Positions 47,696 through 56,821 of a DNA stretch of 64,000 nt are shown piece after piece; positions within the stretch are counted from its first letter, which is position 1; the number at the start of each line of letters is the position of its first letter. This stretch comes from a virus (lineage: Duplodnaviria; Caudoviricetes), in IMG/VR virus record IMGVR_UViG_3300032138_000013, positions 561 to 64,560 of that record. One strand, given 5' to 3'. The position numbers were made by a program, and so were the translations under genes. The notes below the pieces were generated by a model. The model was not told the origin of the DNA, did no database searches, and was given only the letters and a program-made list of their open reading frames with translations.

Positions 47696-50614
47696 ATGGG
47701 CTTTGACATAGCAGACTATAAAATACAGGGCTATCTGCTTGCAAATGCAGAGGAGCTAATTAAGCAAACAGGTAGAAACAGAACAAACACTGAAAACCCA
47801 CAGCCTGTTATTACAAAAAAAGCCATATCCCCAGGCAACCAAGCCACTTTTGATACTCAGAGCGATCTTTTAAATGCCTTTTCAAATTTAAATCAAGTTG
47901 ATTTTATTGCAGATCTCCCTGGAAAGGGTCGCTCCATGAAACTGCGACCAAATGTTAAAATATTTAAAACCTTAAGAGGTACGGAAGGAAGAGAAGTTGA
48001 CTTAGAATTAGGAGACAGGTTTTCCGTTACGGACGGAGACGAGGTATCTGATGTGTATGGCACCGCCAACGGTGCGTCGGTGAGTGATGTAGAAATTGTC
48101 CGCCTTGGAGGAAACCCAGCAGAGGTTGATACAAACATAAAAGTTACCATTAGATTACATGCCACAAGCTTAGGAAAGTTCTTTGAGATACGGAAACCCA
48201 CCCCCATACTTAATTTCGATGGAGACATCGGTGACCTAGGCAGCAAGTTCGCCGCCACAGCCGAAAAAGGTGTTGCTTGGATTGACTTATTAAAGATAAA
48301 TTTAGGAAACTTTACTGAGGACTTTCTTACTGAGTTTACAAACAGAATGACGGGTCAAATCCTCAGTGGAGAAACCGTCAACCAAGTAAAAGCTTCAGCA
48401 GGCGGCGACCTTGGCGAACCACAACAAAGAATAAAACTTGAATTGGAATATGGACCACCAGAGAATATAAAAGGTTATTCAATAGACGATGTTAATAAAA
48501 TTAAAGCTCTTGTTGCATCTCAAAGAGAAGTGTTTTATCTATCTTTAACACAACACCAGATTACCTTTAATAGTGACAAATCCGCTGATATTGAGATAAG
48601 TTATATAGGCTCCGGCGGCGCAAATGTAATATCTAGACAAAATGATATTTTGTTCGATCCCTTCCTATATGAAAAAGAGCTACAAATCAACGATCATATC
48701 TCGTCCATGAATAAAAAAGTGGGCACCCTAAACCCGAGCGACACCAAGGCTATCGGTGCCGTGTCTGGTAAAATAATAAATTTGGAAACCACAAAAACCG
48801 CAATGAAGAAATCACAAGCTATGCTTTTAATTAATGGGCTATATGGACCTGCAAACCTCCTTGGATATGGAACGAATACTGCGACAGCCTTGCAAGGCTT
48901 GGATGGAAAACAACTGAAATCAAGAGTTTATATTCATCCAATAATGGGTCGGGATTTGGCAGCAGGCGCAATTTCTGGAAGGTTATCCGTCATGACGGGT
49001 CAGAATAGCCCCCTCGTGGGAAATTATTTTACTTATTTGAGAGGAGATCCCGATGGGAGCCGCTTGAAAGACGAGTTGGAATACCAGCATGCGGATACCC
49101 AAGAAGAGGTTGATAATTCTATACCCAATGCTTATCGTTATGTAAGCAAAGGAGGAAAAGATGGACTGATATCGCAATTTGTGTTCTTGGGAGATATATT
49201 TGAAGTAGCACTGGAAGTTCTTGCCAGTAATAACAGGTTTTCAACCGATGAAAGTTTTAATTCAAAGTTCTTTAAGATATCCCCTGACATAATACGAGAT
49301 GGAAAAGATGATAATGAAATGACTGCCCTGACGGACCCAACTGATATAGGCAAACCCACTACATATTGGGGGGGCGTGCCGGGTGCCGGTAGTGTCACTG
49401 TCGAGGGAGTAGACGTACCCAATGAATTTGCCGAACAACTGAATGAAGAAATTACAGACCCAACCATTTACGAGGGTATGTTTGTAAGACCTTTTTATTG
49501 GGATGAGGTCCACGGCAGGGCGAAACTAAGCCGGACCAGGGCACCTGCAACAAAACGCCTCAGAAGAGTTTATCAAGAATACGGAGAATTCCTATGCTCA
49601 GATATCGTATATCAGAGCCCCGCAGATGCCAACGTAGATATTAAAATTAATTTGGCAGATCTGCCAATTTCTTTATATAGATACAAACAATGGTTTATAA
49701 ATAAGATACTCGCACCAAGAAGAACGACTTTGTTTCTTAAAGATTTTCTACAATTATTAATAACTGATTTAGTTGCAAAAGTTCTATCTGAGAAATATAA
49801 TCCAAACGAAACCTCGAATCGAGTACCACCAGAATTATTAATTAACAGGTTCAGCGTTCTTGCTGAAGAAGTTAATTTTTTAGACCGCATCCGGCGTGTG
49901 TCCAATTCGGCTTATAATTCTAAAACCGTAGATAATATTAAAGATGCTTTCAAACTATCAGATAATTCTTCTCTTAAAACAAAACAATTAACCTTGTTTT
50001 CTCAGTCACCCGTCATTGTCAACAAAATACCGCAAGGTCAATCTCGCAGAGAGGCAGACAGAAAAAAGAACATACCTCACATTTTCTTTAGTGATGCCAA
50101 CAATGGATTACTTAAAGAACTCAACTTCCAGAGAGAAGATATGCCCGGTTTAAGGGAATCAAGGCTTTTTGAAGGGCGTGATTTTAGCGGTCCCAACATC
50201 ATTCCAGAAAAATATAATTCTACTTTAGAGCTTATCGGCACAAGCGCCTTTAAACCCGGCTCTATTTTTTATATAGATCCTGAACCTCTAGTCTTAGGAT
50301 ACACAAAGGATAAGGGATCACCCGCTCGTAAGCTGGGATTAGGTGGGTATTATTTGGTGATCCGGGTAACTCACATTGTGAACTTACAAGGTAAGGCAAC
50401 TTGGCAAACAATGTTGGACACTCACTGGGAAGGTTTTGGCGATGCAGATCCACTAAGAAGAAGTAAGGAAACAACATTCATCGAACCCACATCACTTAAG
50501 GCAAGGCTTAGTATTGCGGTTGATTTAGACGACCCCTCGGTGCGGCAAACACAGGAGGATAATTATGCCCTCGAAGAAGCTATAGCCCTGAAGAAGGCAG
50601 AAGACGAGCCGTAG
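47696..50614 (+). CDS. Large baseplate hub-like protein (gp27/GPD-like C-terminus)
   Basis: LELIGTSAFKPGSIFYID...GGYYLVIRVTH; follows the LysM-like gene. Confidence 0.55.
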   Translation: MGFDIADYKIQGYLLANAEELIKQTGRNRTNTENPQPVITKKAISPGNQATFDTQSDLLNAFSNLNQVDFIADLPGKGRSMKLRPNVKIFKTLRGTEGREVDLELGDRFSVTDGDEVSDVYGTANGASVSDVEIVRLGGNPAEVDTNIKVTIRLHATSLGKFFEIRKPTPILNFDGDIGDLGSKFAATAEKGVAWIDLLKINLGNFTEDFLTEFTNRMTGQILSGETVNQVKASAGGDLGEPQQRIKLELEYGPPENIKGYSIDDVNKIKALVASQREVFYLSLTQHQITFNSDKSADIEISYIGSGGANVISRQNDILFDPFLYEKELQINDHISSMNKKVGTLNPSDTKAIGAVSGKIINLETTKTAMKKSQAMLLINGLYGPANLLGYGTNTATALQGLDGKQLKSRVYIHPIMGRDLAAGAISGRLSVMTGQNSPLVGNYFTYLRGDPDGSRLKDELEYQHADTQEEVDNSIPNAYRYVSKGGKDGLISQFVFLGDIFEVALEVLASNNRFSTDESFNSKFFKISPDIIRDGKDDNEMTALTDPTDIGKPTTYWGGVPGAGSVTVEGVDVPNEFAEQLNEEITDPTIYEGMFVRPFYWDEVHGRAKLSRTRAPATKRLRRVYQEYGEFLCSDIVYQSPADANVDIKINLADLPISLYRYKQWFINKILAPRRTTLFLKDFLQLLITDLVAKVLSEKYNPNETSNRVPPELLINRFSVLAEEVNFLDRIRRVSNSAYNSKTVDNIKDAFKLSDNSSLKTKQLTLFSQSPVIVNKIPQGQSRREADRKKNIPHIFFSDANNGLLKELNFQREDMPGLRESRLFEGRDFSGPNIIPEKYNSTLELIGTSAFKPGSIFYIDPEPLVLGYTKDKGSPARKLGLGGYYLVIRVTHIVNLQGKATWQTMLDTHWEGFGDADPLRRSKETTFIEPTSLKARLSIAVDLDDPSVRQTQEDNYALEEAIALKKAEDEP

Positions 50615-50634
50615 GTTCCCATAAAAATAATTAA

Positions 50635-52008
50635 ATGACTAAAAAACTATTAAATCGTAGAACCAGCAGAGGCTCAAGACAAATCTTTGATCTTAGAAAA
50701 TTATATTTATCTGAGATTGTGCCCACTTCTGAATATAACAATTTCTTTGATTCTTCTGTGACCCGCTTCTATGGAAAGGTTGACTTGGACGCAAATATTG
50801 TTTATCCATCTGAAAAATTCTTAGTAACACTCCCAAATCCAAACAAGAAAGCTCGCCAGACTTATTATGCTTTAAATTTTGTCGCCAAAGCTTTTTCAGA
50901 TTTTAGAGAATATTATCTTAAGGGTATCAACACAGGAATTGTCAAGCAAAACCCCGATGCTCTGGAAATTATTGAGCCAATTAAAGGCTGGGAAAGTATG
51001 CATCAATTATATGCGAGTAATATTGATGATCTTTACTCGGTTCTTGTTAATAACTATTTACAACGCCCAAGATCCTCTACAGGGTTGGAAAACTCTTATC
51101 CAAAAGATTTTGACCATTTTATGAAGTCAATTAACCATCTGTTAAAATCAAGAGGTGGGGCTATGAAACTTAGCCGCTCTTCTTTTATTCTTTCTATAAG
51201 ATGCCCCATTTCAACCAGCGGGCTTGCAATTGAAATAGGTCCAAATATTGACTATGCAAACGATAAAAAGAAAGCTAAAAATTTGTATGAAAATCCAAAT
51301 TTTGATTTCTATATGAATACTCTTAGCAAGTTTGGGTTTATGGCAGATGTTGACTACCCCGGTAGAATAGTTGCCGACCTTGCCTCGCCTGCAATGCAGA
51401 GTTATATGGAGGAATTTGAATTAACCCTTGACAATCTGTTCGAAACATATTATTATAAAGCTGGAGAATATGATTATGACCTGATCAGGGTTTATCTTTC
51501 TCAATTTTATAACAGTTATGTTACAGATTATCCTATTAAATCTATAGTTAAAAAGTCCGGCGCGATATCTTCACATAAATATTCTATTCAGGCATCGAAC
51601 TATAGGACAAGTGATAAGCCAATTCCAACCGCAGGATTGAAAATTATTTGTGAGAAAACAACACGAGAGATTATACAAAGGCAGAAGCTTTCAGAACATG
51701 ACAAAGAAACAAAATACACAGATAGCTATTGGCTCACAACTTATGCTCAAATGCTTAACTACGAACTTAAAAGCCCTCTCGAACAACACAACTTAAACAA
51801 AGTTATAAAAAATTCACAAGACTTGAAAAAAAATGTTGACATTGAAACTGCAAAGGGTTATATTAATGGAGTGTTTAAAATGTTTAGATACCCAGCAAAT
51901 GTTGTTTCGCACAAAAGCACCTCCAATGTTCAACAAAGCCCTACAACTACCGCAACTACTACAACCACTGCTACGACCGCTAATGGCGGACCCTCTGGTG
52001 GATATTAA
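50635..52008 (+). CDS. Hypothetical protein with a Thr-rich tail
   Basis: Intact 457-aa ORF; late-type motif directly before the ATG. Confidence 0.6.
   Translation: MTKKLLNRRTSRGSRQIFDLRKLYLSEIVPTSEYNNFFDSSVTRFYGKVDLDANIVYPSEKFLVTLPNPNKKARQTYYALNFVAKAFSDFREYYLKGINTGIVKQNPDALEIIEPIKGWESMHQLYASNIDDLYSVLVNNYLQRPRSSTGLENSYPKDFDHFMKSINHLLKSRGGAMKLSRSSFILSIRCPISTSGLAIEIGPNIDYANDKKKAKNLYENPNFDFYMNTLSKFGFMADVDYPGRIVADLASPAMQSYMEEFELTLDNLFETYYYKAGEYDYDLIRVYLSQFYNSYVTDYPIKSIVKKSGAISSHKYSIQASNYRTSDKPIPTAGLKIICEKTTREIIQRQKLSEHDKETKYTDSYWLTTYAQMLNYELKSPLEQHNLNKVIKNSQDLKKNVDIETAKGYINGVFKMFRYPANVVSHKSTSNVQQSPTTTATTTTTATTANGGPSGGY
51836..51864 (+). promoter_or_regulatory. sigma70-type promoter inside the 50635 ORF, upstream of the polymerase
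   Basis: TTGACA (51836-41), 17 nt, TATATT (51859-64). Confidence 0.65.
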
Positions 52009-52017
52009 GAGTGATGA

Positions 52018-53220
52018 TTGTTAGTCCAAACATTAGACGATAAAAAGCATTGTGCTGGCATATATCATGACGGCAAACTTATTTATGACTGCGAAGAATT
52101 TGACTTCGACGCTGTAGCTGCGACTTGGAACTATAATCCTGCTTTTTCTCAAAAAGACGCTCTCATAGCCTCTCTGTTCGTTGAAGGTAAAACACTAAAC
52201 GAAGTTTGCCCTGATTTTCTTAGACACCGATGGGAGGCAATTAACAGCCGCCTAAGAGCCTTTCACAAGTCATTTTCCACCGCCAAAGTAAGTATGGATA
52301 TCCACTGCTTTTTTGACCTTGTTCCTCAACGATTTTTGTTGGAATATTGCGAAGTCAAAAACAAGATTACAGACCATATTATCAAAACATACAAGAAACC
52401 AGCCAACTATAATTTTATGAGAAGCTTGGCAGAGTTTACATATGATATTCGCCAGAATAGTATTGATTTGGATTATTCGGCAATCGCAAGAAATAGCCAT
52501 CAGTTGAAGACTCGTAATTTTATTAAAAAATCTAAATACATCAAGCCCTATATCAACTATAATATGTATGGCACAAAAACAGGGCGAATGACGACAAGAA
52601 AGGGATATTTTCCAATCCTTACTCTTGATGGAGAATATCGCTCCATCTTAAAACCAAAAAACAACTATTTTGTGGAGTTTGATTACAACGCAGCAGAGCT
52701 TCGGGTTCTTCTTGGGTTAAGTGGCAAGACTCAGCCACAGGAAGACATGCATCAGTGGAATATAGATAATATATATCGCGGACTTGGCTCACGAGATGAA
52801 GCCAAAAAACGTATTTTCGCTTGGCTATATAACCCTAAATCAAAAGACCTTCTGTCAAGTCGTCATTATGATCGCGATGGCATCTTAAGAAAATACTGGA
52901 ACGGACAAGTTGTTATTACACCAATGAATCGCGTAATTCAAGCGGATAAACACCACGCACTAAACTATTTAATACAAAGCACGACAAGCGATGTTGTGCT
53001 TTCCAGAGCTTTTAAAATTGCCAACAAACTTAAAGACAAAAAGTCCTTTATTTCTTTCACACTTCATGATAGTATTGTAATAGACTTTAAGGACAGTGAG
53101 CGGGAACTTATTGGAGAGATGTTAGAAATCTTCTCCGACACTCCGTTTGGCAAGTTTAAAGTTAATTTAAGTGCTGGAAAAACATATGGTCATATGGGGA
53201 GGATCGAATGGACACAATAG
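52018..53220 (+). CDS. polA: Short family A DNA polymerase (polymerase domain only)
   Basis: GTKTGRMTT; motif A EFDYNAAELRVL; motif B RDEAKKRIFAWLY; ALNYLIQS; motif C LHDS. Confidence 0.8.
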   Translation: MLVQTLDDKKHCAGIYHDGKLIYDCEEFDFDAVAATWNYNPAFSQKDALIASLFVEGKTLNEVCPDFLRHRWEAINSRLRAFHKSFSTAKVSMDIHCFFDLVPQRFLLEYCEVKNKITDHIIKTYKKPANYNFMRSLAEFTYDIRQNSIDLDYSAIARNSHQLKTRNFIKKSKYIKPYINYNMYGTKTGRMTTRKGYFPILTLDGEYRSILKPKNNYFVEFDYNAAELRVLLGLSGKTQPQEDMHQWNIDNIYRGLGSRDEAKKRIFAWLYNPKSKDLLSSRHYDRDGILRKYWNGQVVITPMNRVIQADKHHALNYLIQSTTSDVVLSRAFKIANKLKDKKSFISFTLHDSIVIDFKDSERELIGEMLEIFSDTPFGKFKVNLSAGKTYGHMGRIEWTQ

Positions 53221-54044
53221 TTGGTCTTGGTAAGGCGGGTTGCGCCATCGCAGATAAGTTTTCAAAATACCCTCAGTATAAGATTTTTAAGATTGACTCC
53301 GAGGGTCTTGACAAGAACGAAAAAAGATCTCATCTTTTAAAACGTCGTAGTCACCCTGAGCAGTATGAAGACGATGCTCCACAGCTAAAGACATTTTTCA
53401 GATACACAACAAATGACATACTTTTTGTAGTTTCAGGATCGGGCGTGATTTCAGGTGCAACATTGCAAGTTTTAAAACACTTGTCTAAGAAAAGCATAAG
53501 TGTGCTTTATATTAAGCCTGATTTAGAGTTTCTTGGCAACGTCAATGTTTACCAAGAACGTCTTGTTCGTGGTGTCCTACAAGAATACGCTCGCTCAAGA
53601 ATGATTGACAGGCTTTATCTTGTTGATAATAAACAAGTTGAGTCAATTCTTGGCGATGTGCCGATTATTGGATACTATGACAAATTGAATGATTTGATAG
53701 TTTCAACAATTCATATGCTAAATGTTTATAATCACCAAGAGCCGGTTCACTTAACACCGTTTGAGTCACAAGATACAGCAGCAATCAGCACCTTTGGAAT
53801 CGCGGATCTTGAAAAAGGTGAAGAAAAGTTATTCTTTTTACTTGACAGTATAAAAGAAAAGTGTTATTATTATGCTATAAACTCTGAAACACTCCAAACA
53901 GATGGGAAACTACTCCGACGTTTGACTGAGAATATAAGCAAAAATATTGAAAAAGATGTTAGGGCAGCATTTCAAATTCACTCTACTTCTTACGAACAAA
54001 ATTATGGTTATTTGGTCGCAAACACCGATCAAACAAAAAATTAA
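53208..54044 (+). CDS. Divergent tubulin/FtsZ-like GTPase-fold protein
   Basis: IVGLGKAGCAIAD (T1 loop); SGSGVISG at the signature position; LYLVDN (T6); YDKLNDLI (H7). Confidence 0.65.
   Translation: MDTIVGLGKAGCAIADKFSKYPQYKIFKIDSEGLDKNEKRSHLLKRRSHPEQYEDDAPQLKTFFRYTTNDILFVVSGSGVISGATLQVLKHLSKKSISVLYIKPDLEFLGNVNVYQERLVRGVLQEYARSRMIDRLYLVDNKQVESILGDVPIIGYYDKLNDLIVSTIHMLNVYNHQEPVHLTPFESQDTAAISTFGIADLEKGEEKLFFLLDSIKEKCYYYAINSETLQTDGKLLRRLTENISKNIEKDVRAAFQIHSTSYEQNYGYLVANTDQTKN
53842..53870 (+). promoter_or_regulatory. sigma70-type promoter inside the tubulin-like gene
   Basis: TTGACA (53842-47), 17 nt, TATTAT (53865-70), with TG upstream of the -10. Confidence 0.6.
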
Positions 54045-54059
54045 AAGGAACTATAAAAC

Positions 54060-54320
54060 ATGGAAAGAGTATTAAACTTTATTAAGGCATACTGGAAGCG
54101 CGGACTGGTTCTCGCTGCCCTATCTGCTATTAGCACATTGGCAATACTTAGGGTTAATAACAATGCGCTCGATACCGGAAAGCAAATTGGTCGATGCCAG
54201 ATGGTGTGCGCTTTTTATGGAGCAGACTTTACGGGATTTGACGAAGGAGCCGCCTGTCAATGTAAAGCCGAGGGTGGATGGATTTTCAGCATCCCAGTAG
54301 ATCCAGATTATTTTCAATAA
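54060..54320 (+). CDS. Small membrane-anchored Cys-rich protein
   Basis: Hydrophobic N-terminal segment then CQMVC...CQC; AAAGGA Shine-Dalgarno. Confidence 0.6.
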   Translation: MERVLNFIKAYWKRGLVLAALSAISTLAILRVNNNALDTGKQIGRCQMVCAFYGADFTGFDEGAACQCKAEGGWIFSIPVDPDYFQ

Positions 54321-54325
54321 AAAGC

Positions 54326-54354
54326 TTGACAACACTTTCAGTCTATGTTATATT
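54326..54354 (+). promoter_or_regulatory. sigma70-type promoter for ssb/recA
   Basis: TTGACA (54326-31), 17 nt, TATATT (54349-54), with TG upstream of the -10. Confidence 0.8.
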
Positions 54355-54452
54355 ACATATACTACATTTTAGCAAGATGAGAGATTTATCATCTTGACTA
54401 TAGGCAAATGCCACAAACAACAAACAACAAAAAATAAAAAAGGAAAAATATA

Positions 54453-55211
54453 ATGTCTATTAATATTGATAAAATGAGGCAACGCAAAGCCGCGCTTCAA
54501 GGTAACGGAGGATCGCGTGATACTTTCTGGCGTCCCGTCGATGGGGAGCAAACAATTCGTATTGTTCCAACAGCGGACGGCGACCCCTTTAAGGATTATT
54601 GGTTCCACTACAATGTAGGCAATAACCCCGGATTTCTCAGCCCAAAGAAAAACTTTGGAGAAGAGGATCCACTAAACGACTTTGTTCGGAAGCTTTTTAA
54701 CGAGGGCACCGAAGATAGTATTAAGATGGCGAAAAACCTTATGGCTCGCCAGCGTTTCTTCTCTCCCGTACTTGTGCGTGGCGAAGAAGATAAGGGCGTT
54801 CGTATTTGGGGGTATGGAAAGATGGTATATGAGCAGTTGCTCAACCTCGTTCTTAACCCTGAATATGGCGACATTACCGACACGGAATCAGGAACAGATC
54901 TTGTTCTCCATTACGGTAAACCACAGGGTGCCAGCTTCCCTCAAACGAAGTTGACTCCCCGTCGTCGTTCATCTCCTCTCTGTGATGAGGCGGTTGGCGG
55001 CGATGATCGTTGCGCGGAATTGCTTGAAAGCATTCCCGAGTTCGATACGCTTTTTGAGCGTAAAACCCCAGGAGATGTAGGTGCAATGTTAGACGCTTAC
55101 CTTCTTGGTGAAGAAGGCACCGGAGAGGAGACTGGGACTACAACCCCCCCTCCTTCTACTGACGCAGTTTCCTCTGTTGATGCTGCCTTCAACGACCTCA
55201 TGGGAGCGTAA
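54453..55211 (+). CDS. gp32: Single-stranded DNA-binding protein (T4 gp32-like)
   Basis: FWRP..GEQTIRIVP; GVRIWGYGKMVYEQL; GTDLVL; acidic C-terminal tail; adjacent to recA. Confidence 0.75.
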   Translation: MSINIDKMRQRKAALQGNGGSRDTFWRPVDGEQTIRIVPTADGDPFKDYWFHYNVGNNPGFLSPKKNFGEEDPLNDFVRKLFNEGTEDSIKMAKNLMARQRFFSPVLVRGEEDKGVRIWGYGKMVYEQLLNLVLNPEYGDITDTESGTDLVLHYGKPQGASFPQTKLTPRRRSSPLCDEAVGGDDRCAELLESIPEFDTLFERKTPGDVGAMLDAYLLGEEGTGEETGTTTPPPSTDAVSSVDAAFNDLMGA

Positions 55212-55274
55212 TTCCGCGCCCACAGGGAGGCACAGGGTTATCAGGTGCCTCACACCCTTATCTTTGGAGAATAA

Positions 55275-56402
55275 ATGAGAATGGCAAGAGTTAAAAATAC
55301 TAAAGCAGGCAGACTAAGCTTAACTGACATGCGGGCTCTTATTAATAAGAGGGCAGGCATTAATGTTGCCCACAATCTGACAGAAGAGAATCCCACTGAG
55401 GTCAAAGCTTGGATTCCAACCGGCTCTCGTTGGTTGGATTCTATTATCTGCCGAGGCAAGCTCTCTGGTGTTCCAGTTGGCAAGATTGTTGAAATTGCTG
55501 GCTTAGAGGCAACGGGTAAATCTTATATGGCTGCCCAGGTTGCTGCCAATGCTCAAAAAATGGGCATTGATGTTATCTATTTTGATTCTGAATCGGCTAT
55601 CGATCCCGCATTCCTTGAGAAAGCCGGGTGTGATTTAAACAACCTGCTCTATGTTCAAGCAGCATCGGTAGAGTTTGTTTTGGAAACCATTGAGGATCTT
55701 TTAATTAATAATGACAACCGAATGTTGTTCATTTGGGACTCGCTGGCGCTCACTCCTGCTATCTCTGATATTGAGGGCGACTTCAACCCCCAGTCCTCTA
55801 TGGCAGTTAAGGCTCGTATCCTTGCCAAGGGCATGTCTAAGCTGACCGTTCCTATCGCCAACTCTCAATCCACATTTTTAGTGCTGAACCAGTTGAAGTC
55901 AAACATCACTCGTTCGCCCTCTGAAGCTATGACTACTCCCTACGTCACACCAGGCGGAAAGGCTATGATTTATGCCTACTCGCTTCGCATCTGGCTGACC
56001 GGACGAAAAGCAAAGGCGTCTTTTGTCACGGATGATAGCGGCTTTAGAATTGGGTCAGAAGTAAAGGTTAAACTTGAAAAGTCACGATTTGGAACACAAG
56101 GTCGCCAGTGTAATTTTAAGATTCTTTGGGGAACCGAAGAAATAGGCATTCAGGACGACGAAAGTCTTTTTGACGCAATTGCGAGTTCGCCAAATCTTGT
56201 TCGCACAGGCGCTTGGTACACACTTCTGGACGACTCTGGAAATGCCCTTGGAGCTAAGTTCCAAGCAGCTAAGTGGACCGAGCGGCTGCAAGAAGAGCAG
56301 TTTAGGGCGAGAGTTCACGAGATTATGGATGAGGAAGTTATTCACAAGTTTGACAAGCGAGAAGGAAACGCTTCAGATTTTTATGAAGAGGTGGATGAAT
56401 AA
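55275..56402 (+). CDS. recA: RecA/UvsX recombinase
   Basis: GLEATGKS Walker A; FDSE; IWDS; VLNQ; TPGG; KSRFG. Confidence 0.92.
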   Translation: MRMARVKNTKAGRLSLTDMRALINKRAGINVAHNLTEENPTEVKAWIPTGSRWLDSIICRGKLSGVPVGKIVEIAGLEATGKSYMAAQVAANAQKMGIDVIYFDSESAIDPAFLEKAGCDLNNLLYVQAASVEFVLETIEDLLINNDNRMLFIWDSLALTPAISDIEGDFNPQSSMAVKARILAKGMSKLTVPIANSQSTFLVLNQLKSNITRSPSEAMTTPYVTPGGKAMIYAYSLRIWLTGRKAKASFVTDDSGFRIGSEVKVKLEKSRFGTQGRQCNFKILWGTEEIGIQDDESLFDAIASSPNLVRTGAWYTLLDDSGNALGAKFQAAKWTERLQEEQFRARVHEIMDEEVIHKFDKREGNASDFYEEVDE

Positions 56403-56442
56403 TACAATTAAGTATTCGTCCAATAAAGTAGGAGAAAAAACA

Positions 56443-56745
56443 ATGAAAAAGAGCATTATTACAGCAGCACTCTTTGGTGCATTTTTAACAGGTTGTGTTG
56501 CACATGCACACGCCCCACATCATTCAGCACATGTTGAAGTGAAGGTTAAGGCTTGGGTATGGTCGCCAGGACACTATCGAGCCAGCGGGGTTTGGGTTCA
56601 TGGATCGTGGAATCTTATTAATGTAGAGCGACATATGTTGAATCGCTACCCGCGTACACACGTTCGCTGGGTCAAGGGAAGAAAAAAGCCTGCACCGCCA
56701 CGCCGACATCAACACCGACGCCACCGCCGCCAACATCGTCATTAA
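56443..56745 (+). CDS. Small lipoprotein with a WxxGxW-type repeat and His/Arg-rich tail
   Basis: GGAG Shine-Dalgarno; MKK...LTGC lipobox; WVWSPGHY, WVHGSW, WVKG. Confidence 0.65.
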   Translation: MKKSIITAALFGAFLTGCVAHAHAPHHSAHVEVKVKAWVWSPGHYRASGVWVHGSWNLINVERHMLNRYPRTHVRWVKGRKKPAPPRRHQHRRHRRQHRH

Positions 56746-56755
56746 AAAATAATAC

Positions 56756-56810
56756 TTGACACCCCTTCAGTAGATATGTTATAATTCTATTGAAGGGGTT
56801 TCCTTTTTTA
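56756..56810 (+). promoter_or_regulatory. Overlapping sigma70 promoter and hairpin/terminator
   Basis: TTGACA (56756-61), 18 nt, TATAAT (56780-85); 14-bp inverted repeat 56761-74/56786-99 followed by a T-rich tract. Confidence 0.75.
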
Positions 56811-56821
56811 TAGGTGAAGTA

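Noticed and set aside
53208-54044. Phage nucleus (chimallin/PhuZ) system
   Set aside because: No chimallin or multi-subunit phage RNA polymerase is recognisable, and the promoters are sigma70-type; a tubulin-like gene alone is insufficient.
55221-55260. c-di-GMP-I riboswitch (GCACAGGG match) or H-type pseudoknot
   Set aside because: The rest of the riboswitch consensus is absent, and the pseudoknot would need loops of 0 and 2 nt, which is sterically implausible. It is kept only as an unexplained hairpin.
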